Of a DNA stretch of 37,945 nt, positions 32,601-37,945 are shown piece after piece. A model generated the notes under the pieces. The model was given only the letters and a program-made list of their open reading frames with translations. It was not told where the DNA came from and did not search any database. The DNA comes from a virus (lineage: Duplodnaviria; Caudoviricetes). The translations under genes and the position numbers were made by a program. How positions within the stretch are numbered: the first letter of the stretch is position 1; each line of letters starts with the position of its first letter. The DNA lies in the IMG/VR virus record IMGVR_UViG_3300032116_000579, positions 1 through 37,945 of that record; one strand, 5' to 3'.

Positions 32601-34818
32601 CTCACCAAAAAGTGTAACTAACGTTGGTGACCCAACATACTTTGACGAACTAGCCTTTGTTGTTAATAACCAAATGCGTGGCGACCTGCTTGTTGACAGA
32701 ATTCTTTCTGGTCAATCTCGTGAGCAGTTGCTACAGTGGACAACCACAGGACAAGGCAAGTTCTACATTCGCCAGATGGGTAAAACCCAAGACGAAGCAA
32801 TTAGAATGGTTGATGAGCAAATTATATTTGTTCAGAAATATCTGCCTACTTTTGAAGCACGTCAAATGGCCCTTAAGGGTGAAGTAACTCCGTCAGCACT
32901 TCGACGTGAATTGTCAGAGTATCTAGACAAGATGTCTCCTATCCACCCGCTTGACATTGAATACTCAAATGCAAGCCTTACGGGTAATACTGGCGCAGCC
33001 ATTGATGCAGCATTAGCAAAAACCTGGAGATTCTTAATGAAGCCAGAAAATGCTATCCGCGAAGTATGGGGTACAACACGCCATAATGCGATTGTTGCCG
33101 AAAGAGCAGAACGCTTGATTGCTCAGGGCCAAACAATTGACGTATCTACTCTTAATACAATTCATCACGCTGCGGCGATTCAACTTGTTGATGAAGTAGC
33201 AAAGGTGTTCTATACAATTCCACGTCAGCACCGTGCGCTTTACCTCGCTCGTGGACTTGCAACGTTCCCTAACGCTGCTGCTTCTGGTATCTATCGTTAC
33301 AGCCGATTTGCTGTTAAGAAGACTCCACGCTTTGGTGGCTTCCTAAATAGTTACTATGGCCTCTACAACTCATTCGGTGTAGACGAAAATGGTAACCCAG
33401 TTGATGACCCAATGAAGGCCAAGTTCCTTCTTGTTCCTGGAACCAAGCAAATGGGACTTAACAATGGTAAAGGTGTTATTGTTAACTCACGTGCTACAAA
33501 CTATGTAGCAAACTTTCCAGGTGCCTCCTGGATGGTGCCTATTGCACTTAGTAAAATTTACGGAAATAAACCAAACAATGAAGATGAAATCAAGAAAATG
33601 ATTGACTCTACATTTGGCAACATTCCTGGATACTCTTACGATGAACTATTCCCATATGGAATTGAACCAGATGTATCTAAGCAAGTTACTAGCACATTTA
33701 CCCCAGCCTGGGCACGTAACCTAATTATGGGTTTGAGCCCAGACAAGACAAATAAAATGTTTGTTGATTCTTGGATTTCAGAAAATAATCGTCAATGGAT
33801 TCTATACGATATGGGCAAAGGCCCTCTGCCAACAGATAAGTCTACTCTTAATGGAGCAAAGAGTATTTATCTACGTAAGTTTCGCACACAGTTCTTCTCG
33901 ATTATTGGTACACCACAGTATGTAGAAACACGACCAGATTCTTTGTATCGTGATTATTACTACAGTCTTGTTACCGAATATCAGTTAAAGGGTAAGTCTT
34001 CAACAGAGGCAAGCAAGTTAGCCGAAGAAGACTTTAACAAATATATGCAAGCAGAGACTGGCTCACAGTTCCCTATGGACCGACTTTTTGTTGGTTCTCA
34101 GGATTCCGTTACATATATTACCCCAAGCCAAAAGGCTTACGACAGAATTTGGGATAACTTTCCTGAACTTGCAACTAAGTTGCGCCAGGTTGACCCATCT
34201 GTAATTGGCCTTATGGTTGCTGACCTACCTAAGGAATATAGCCCTCAGGTTAATAAGTTCCTTAACTCAACAACTGCTCGTTTCCCAGATGGAACAATGG
34301 TCAACAAGGCTCTTAAAACACCTCAGTTAGTTGAAGAGGAAATCGAGAAGTCACGTTACTGGGCTGCATATACAGCAGAAAAGAAACGATACAACGAGGC
34401 AGCCAAGGCTGCTGGTTACCCAAGTTACCTAAGCGTTCCTGAACTTAAGGATAGTCTTAAGGATTATGCAGAGAACACTCTCGGCAAGGGCAGTTTTGCT
34501 TGGTGGCAAGAATACCAAAAGAATGCAACTAAAGGCAATCAGGCTTGGGTTCAATCTCAAGGTCTTGCAACAATTGTTAGAGACCAAGAGTTTATGAACA
34601 AATACGGCAAGACTCAGTTCTGGCAGCACGCCAAGGCTTTTGTTAAGTACCGCAACGAATATGCAGCAGCATACAAGGATGCGCCTACTGGTACAAAGGG
34701 AATGGTTAAGGATGCCTGGGCCAACTATCTTGCTTCTAGTTATGATATGTGGGACCCAATACTTCAAAGAATGATTACAAGATACTTTGAAAATGATAAT
34801 ATGAGGGAGAACAAATAA
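29677..34818 (+). CDS. Very large putative internal virion (DNA ejection) protein
   Basis: 1713 aa, helical, no tape-measure periodicity; function by position and size only. Confidence 0.55.
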   Translation: MSFWDKFVEDFLGIKPAQQKEIVEGASSIIKGAKTATLAIPGAITNQLIVKPTVQGLQNQALKAGYSPEEAATAGIGIQQSKIGQFAQEEQDKFVQGSLAAFDPILRAGEKADKYFFTPVIARPISTINLLQDPYSPLYNDEKYGKGVQLSDIRDAWNRSAYVSLGQATVKSTGMLGIAQSAILTANGMDMSEVNLWDDESIQKNFVDDSLGSFISGLNDFVIKNVAINAALVGAGAAAKAGSARAGLTTKFKATDAEAMPKFEKDMTDHIEYVNSGGTTGTQTVIGQDIMDLAASENIVDIVRIVKKHSYNPALPDLIKTTKDPAVVRDFLLADKGYGPAIERLAALRMSDDLWILGDATAITRGKYITDGALPEYTPAQRARWTAAFDDAIAKNPKHQDIYDAFLREELDEATGLLNTEVLALGKNYKPMEPIVGRATVGAARSRAGQIKTAALERNFVGLGGVAETVLGGSMKGPVTVLMRQFGTFMPKGIVTNSGLRPMNGIDELMAVFDDIPLFRDGSRVVETHTREMMTAAAYRRQVIDRFVAAKTDGERAIVIDSVNKEIARTLAFSRGYYDVKKVDDMVDELMSEIYKVHSGLRKEGYAMDPQGVRVVVDPRTQRQLANSMPMLPLGEFDRMILRLSRSEKNPVIGGATAVKQGTAAGARALFEGSSRIFSVAQLYRFSYIPKNSVFEPLLAATLAEGMSFARPMFTTAIWSSIKKSRNILARNVAKSKTLTPGAKSEIQKEIKALSDQYNQAILNRDIAYASYEEFFGVGKNISPAAKRDWADEIKMRLKDAENDVAAIEGRLNVYANEYGTPISAPSIYNLRRRIQFLKDAKDPRFAGDIAAAEMTLARAVEDINTLAPELNTLTAEIARAYDEIGKAIEAIGPAGVRQADLFEVSEARYLKEPFLAKTQSVQLSNGQTLEFPSIANRDNFGEGYLSEISNNATRTLEFLGNKASVAKTISIRARSPKSVTNVGDPTYFDELAFVVNNQMRGDLLVDRILSGQSREQLLQWTTTGQGKFYIRQMGKTQDEAIRMVDEQIIFVQKYLPTFEARQMALKGEVTPSALRRELSEYLDKMSPIHPLDIEYSNASLTGNTGAAIDAALAKTWRFLMKPENAIREVWGTTRHNAIVAERAERLIAQGQTIDVSTLNTIHHAAAIQLVDEVAKVFYTIPRQHRALYLARGLATFPNAAASGIYRYSRFAVKKTPRFGGFLNSYYGLYNSFGVDENGNPVDDPMKAKFLLVPGTKQMGLNNGKGVIVNSRATNYVANFPGASWMVPIALSKIYGNKPNNEDEIKKMIDSTFGNIPGYSYDELFPYGIEPDVSKQVTSTFTPAWARNLIMGLSPDKTNKMFVDSWISENNRQWILYDMGKGPLPTDKSTLNGAKSIYLRKFRTQFFSIIGTPQYVETRPDSLYRDYYYSLVTEYQLKGKSSTEASKLAEEDFNKYMQAETGSQFPMDRLFVGSQDSVTYITPSQKAYDRIWDNFPELATKLRQVDPSVIGLMVADLPKEYSPQVNKFLNSTTARFPDGTMVNKALKTPQLVEEEIEKSRYWAAYTAEKKRYNEAAKAAGYPSYLSVPELKDSLKDYAENTLGKGSFAWWQEYQKNATKGNQAWVQSQGLATIVRDQEFMNKYGKTQFWQHAKAFVKYRNEYAAAYKDAPTGTKGMVKDAWANYLASSYDMWDPILQRMITRYFENDNMRENK

Positions 34819-35912
34819 TGGCAGGTACACCACCACCAGCACCAGGTGGCACTATTGTTGTTCCACCAAAGGCGGATAAGAAAGAAAAAGTTTACATTTG
34901 GATGCCAGATTCTAAGGGCAACCTTGTAAAAGCCGATGCTTCTATAATTAAGAAGTCTTTTGCTAAACTTCCTTTGAACTCTCAGATTGCTCTTTCTGAG
35001 TATCTTCTTGGTGTATCCAATCGTCAACCTACAGATTCTGCTCGCCAGAACCTATGGAACGATATTGTAGATGGTGCGGTAGCAGCATTCAAGGAGGGCA
35101 AGAAGCAGTCTCCTTGGGACGTTCTTCAGGTAATGACCGAGAACTCACCAATGAATCTTGGCGTTACCACAAACATTATTGAATATGATACTGTCAACGC
35201 AAACGCTTTGCTCAACAAAATTGCTAAATCAATTGGCTTTGATATGGCACTTCTTACAGATGCTGACAGAGCAGACTTCCTTGCCAAGGTAAACGCTGAG
35301 GCTGCAATGGGCAAGACAACCACTCGCAAGGCTACTACTGGTGGCTACGAGACGGTAACAACCCCATCAGCCTTTGACCCTAAGTCTTTTACTGAATCAT
35401 TCCTCTGGGCTAAGGTAAATCTTGGGGATACTAAGAGCATTCCATCTGCAGCAATTAAGCAGATTTCTAATGTGTCTACACTTCTTAAGGCATATGGAAT
35501 TAACAACTTAAGTTCAAAAGAAATCAATGCACTTGGAGTAGAGGTAGCCTCTGGCACCAAGACAGTTGACGACTTAAGACTTGAGTTTTCTACAAAGGCG
35601 CAGAAACTCTATCCAGCCTATGCTGACCGCTTAAAGTCAACTCCTAATCTTACTATGTCAGATATTGCCGAACCTATTATTGGAACCCTTTCCAAGGTTT
35701 GGGAAATGGATGCTGGCTCATTTGAACTATCAGACCCTAACGTAACTCGATTCTTGAATCCAGATGTTACTGGTAAGGCACCTGCCCCATCTATCACAGA
35801 TGTTTACTACTACGCACTTAATCACCCTAACCGTGAGAAAACAAAAGCAGCAAACGAAGAGGCTAGAGATGCAGCAGTCTCTTTTGCTCGTGCTGCTGGA
35901 TTTGGAATCTAA
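34818..35912 (+). CDS. Putative internal virion protein
   Basis: 364 aa, coupled to the preceding gene. Confidence 0.5.
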   Translation: MAGTPPPAPGGTIVVPPKADKKEKVYIWMPDSKGNLVKADASIIKKSFAKLPLNSQIALSEYLLGVSNRQPTDSARQNLWNDIVDGAVAAFKEGKKQSPWDVLQVMTENSPMNLGVTTNIIEYDTVNANALLNKIAKSIGFDMALLTDADRADFLAKVNAEAAMGKTTTRKATTGGYETVTTPSAFDPKSFTESFLWAKVNLGDTKSIPSAAIKQISNVSTLLKAYGINNLSSKEINALGVEVASGTKTVDDLRLEFSTKAQKLYPAYADRLKSTPNLTMSDIAEPIIGTLSKVWEMDAGSFELSDPNVTRFLNPDVTGKAPAPSITDVYYYALNHPNREKTKAANEEARDAAVSFARAAGFGI

Positions 35913-37262
35913 ATGGCAATTTCCGCAGCCGAGAAGGCAAGACTGCTTAAGATTCAAAAGGCAGCAGAAGCACAGATAGCAAAGAATCAAGCAACCATTG
36001 CAAAACTTGAAGCACAACAGGCTGAAGCAGCCAAGGCTAAAGCCGAAGAAGAAGCACTAGCCAAGGCAGAGCGTGAAGCGGCGGTTAAAGAAAATGCTGC
36101 AATGCGCCTTGAGCGTATTCGTCTTGAGCGTGAAGCAAAAGAGGCTACTGCTAAAAGGAACACAGCCCTTGCTGCCAACCCAGCACTTGGTGCTGTTAAG
36201 GGTTCTAATATTTTCCAGATGCTTGGTGGAATTCTCTACTATAGCGGAGTTCCATTTACTGGTACCGACAATGGTAAGAAGTATGTAAACGGTGTGGCTA
36301 CTGGTTCAGTATCTGATTCAACAACAGGAAATGATGCTGTTGCAATTGCAAACGAAACCCCTGGTCTTGCAGTTGATACCTTCCGTAAGACACTTGCTTT
36401 GTACTTCGGAGAAACAGAGTCAAAAAAGCCTTGGGTAGATTCACTTTATAAGACCGCTTCTGGATTCTACAAGACTGGTTCTACTGCAGATGAGTCAATG
36501 AACCTAGCCTTGATGGCTGCTCGTAATGACCCAAATATGAAGCCATTTACAGATAGATTCTCAGCAATCTATAAGTTACAGGACCTTAAGACTTCAGGAG
36601 TATCTGTTGAGGTTCCTACTATTGCAGAGTTTGTTAAGTCTCAGTCCCAGTTAGGTGATGTATTCCGTCGCAGCAATCTTGGCGACCTTGCTACAGATGC
36701 TTACACTAGCGAACTACTTGGCAAGGGACTTGCAGTTTCTACTATTGCGGAGAATATTACAAAGGTTTTTGATGTTATTGACCAGGCTCCTAAAGAGGTC
36801 AAGGATACAATCAATCGTTTTTATCCAACTGCAGACCGAGGCAAATTAGCCAAGGCTTTACTTACTGGTACAAAAGGTATTGCTGAACTTGAAAAAGAAG
36901 TCAAGGGATACCAGGTACTTGCAGCAGCAGAGACTCAAGGTATTGGCGCTAACACACTTGCTGGTGGCATTACAGCAGAGCAAGCGTCAAACTATGCAGC
37001 AGGTGGAGCAACATTCCAGTCCGCACTTACTGGCTTTGGCCAAGTAGCAGCAGCACGTCAAACAGAACAGAAACTGGCTGAAATGTCTGGTCAGAAATCA
37101 CTTGGTGTTGCTGGCTTAGCAGAAGCCGTAATTGGTAAGAAAGCAAGCGCACTTAGTGAACTTGAGAAACTTACACTACAAGAAGAAGCCCGCTATAAGG
37201 CTAAGTCTGGAACTACTTCAGTCAGCCTAGCGTCAGAGCGCAGAGGCGCTGGCTTAATATAA
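35913..37262 (+). CDS. Putative internal virion protein with N-terminal coiled coil
   Basis: 449 aa; Ala/Glu/Lys heptads. Confidence 0.5.
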   Translation: MAISAAEKARLLKIQKAAEAQIAKNQATIAKLEAQQAEAAKAKAEEEALAKAEREAAVKENAAMRLERIRLEREAKEATAKRNTALAANPALGAVKGSNIFQMLGGILYYSGVPFTGTDNGKKYVNGVATGSVSDSTTGNDAVAIANETPGLAVDTFRKTLALYFGETESKKPWVDSLYKTASGFYKTGSTADESMNLALMAARNDPNMKPFTDRFSAIYKLQDLKTSGVSVEVPTIAEFVKSQSQLGDVFRRSNLGDLATDAYTSELLGKGLAVSTIAENITKVFDVIDQAPKEVKDTINRFYPTADRGKLAKALLTGTKGIAELEKEVKGYQVLAAAETQGIGANTLAGGITAEQASNYAAGGATFQSALTGFGQVAAARQTEQKLAEMSGQKSLGVAGLAEAVIGKKASALSELEKLTLQEEARYKAKSGTTSVSLASERRGAGLI

Positions 37263-37270
37263 AAAGAATC

Positions 37271-37352
37271 CTGATGGACCTATCGGCCCCATTAGCGTAT
37301 AAGACCGATAGCAAGAGCCAGACTATTTCCCCTAATAGAACCTGAGGCTTGC
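37271..37352 (+). promoter_or_regulatory. H-type pseudoknot plus hairpin in the scaffold leader
   Basis: CTGATGG/CCATTAG interlaced with CTATCGG/CCGATAG; then GCAAG..CTATT/AATAG..CTTGC. Confidence 0.6.
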
Positions 37353-37381
37353 GACTACAACGAATAGAAGGGTGGGTTGCT

Positions 37382-37858
37382 ATGAGCAACAACTACTGGG
37401 ACGACGAAGACGATGACCTAGATACCGAGCAGTTTGCTGGTGATGGAAGTGACTTGTTAAAGAAGTTACGAAAAGCCAAACGAGCAGATGAGAAGCGTAT
37501 CAAGGAACTTACTGAGCAACTTGAGGGACTTTCCAAGGTGCAGCGTGAGAGAACCGTAAAAGAAGTCTTAGAAAAGAAGGGTGTTAATCCAAAGGCTACA
37601 CGTCTTGTCCTCAAGGACTTGGATGACGTTACCGAAGAATCAGTGAATAACTGGCTTGAAGATAACGCAGACTTGTTCGGACTAACTGTACAAGAGGAAT
37701 CAGCACCTGCTAGTAATGACGTTGACCGTGCTGCATTACGTCAGCAAGACGTTATTACTCAGGGTGCAATAACCCCTGATAGAGCACAAGATGCAGAACT
37801 AAGGATTGACGGCGCAACAAGCGCTGAAGAACTTATTGCATTTATGCGCTCGCAATGA
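37382..37858 (+). CDS. Capsid scaffolding protein
   Basis: Start re-called at MSNNYW; acidic N-terminus, coiled coil; directly before the probable capsid gene. Confidence 0.7.
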   Translation: MSNNYWDDEDDDLDTEQFAGDGSDLLKKLRKAKRADEKRIKELTEQLEGLSKVQRERTVKEVLEKKGVNPKATRLVLKDLDDVTEESVNNWLEDNADLFGLTVQEESAPASNDVDRAALRQQDVITQGAITPDRAQDAELRIDGATSAEELIAFMRSQ

Positions 37859-37894
37859 CAATATCCGTTCATAGTCACTTGGAGGTGACGAAAA

Positions 37895-37945
37895 ATGACA
37901 GCAACCACAGGCTCCAGCAATCTTGGAGGAACCGCAGGTAGCGCT
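37895..37945 (+). CDS. 5' end of probable major capsid protein (truncated by window)
   Basis: GGAGGT RBS; MTATTGSSNLGGTAGSA...; follows the scaffold; no other capsid gene in the window. Confidence 0.55.
   Translation, partial: MTATTGSSNLGGTAGSA

Noticed and set aside
29677-34818. Tape measure protein or virion RNA polymerase
   Set aside because: No tape-measure periodicity or adjacent tail chaperones; no recognisable polymerase catalytic motifs by eye.

Overview
Near-complete, circularly permuted genome of a ~45% GC tailed phage. It is probably podovirus-like: no tape measure or major tail gene is recognisable, and there are large internal-virion-type genes. The host is very likely an actinobacterium (WhiB gene, perfect actinobacterial LexA box); the low GC suggests a freshwater low-GC lineage (inference). 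Layout: late structural/tail and lysis genes (1-12.9 kb, +); replication module with split Cas4/RecB-like nuclease, DnaB-like helicase, resolvase, split primase and sigma factor (13.2-18.6 kb, +); a leftward early operon of micro-ORFs, WhiB, transglycosylase and SprT-like protease (18.5-23.5 kb, -); a non-coding control region with promoter, SOS box, palindromes, a candidate structured RNA and an atypical tRNA (23.5-24.5 kb); then terminase, portal, HslV-like protease, internal virion proteins, scaffold and the first codons of the probable major capsid gene. The most striking unexplained signal is a set of four co-varying ~48-nt tRNA-like mini-elements (acceptor stem + hairpin + T-arm). They punctuate the early operon, and each is followed by a hairpin and a conserved (CTTAA)GACAGGAG operator/RBS box. 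All structures and motif counts were read by eye.
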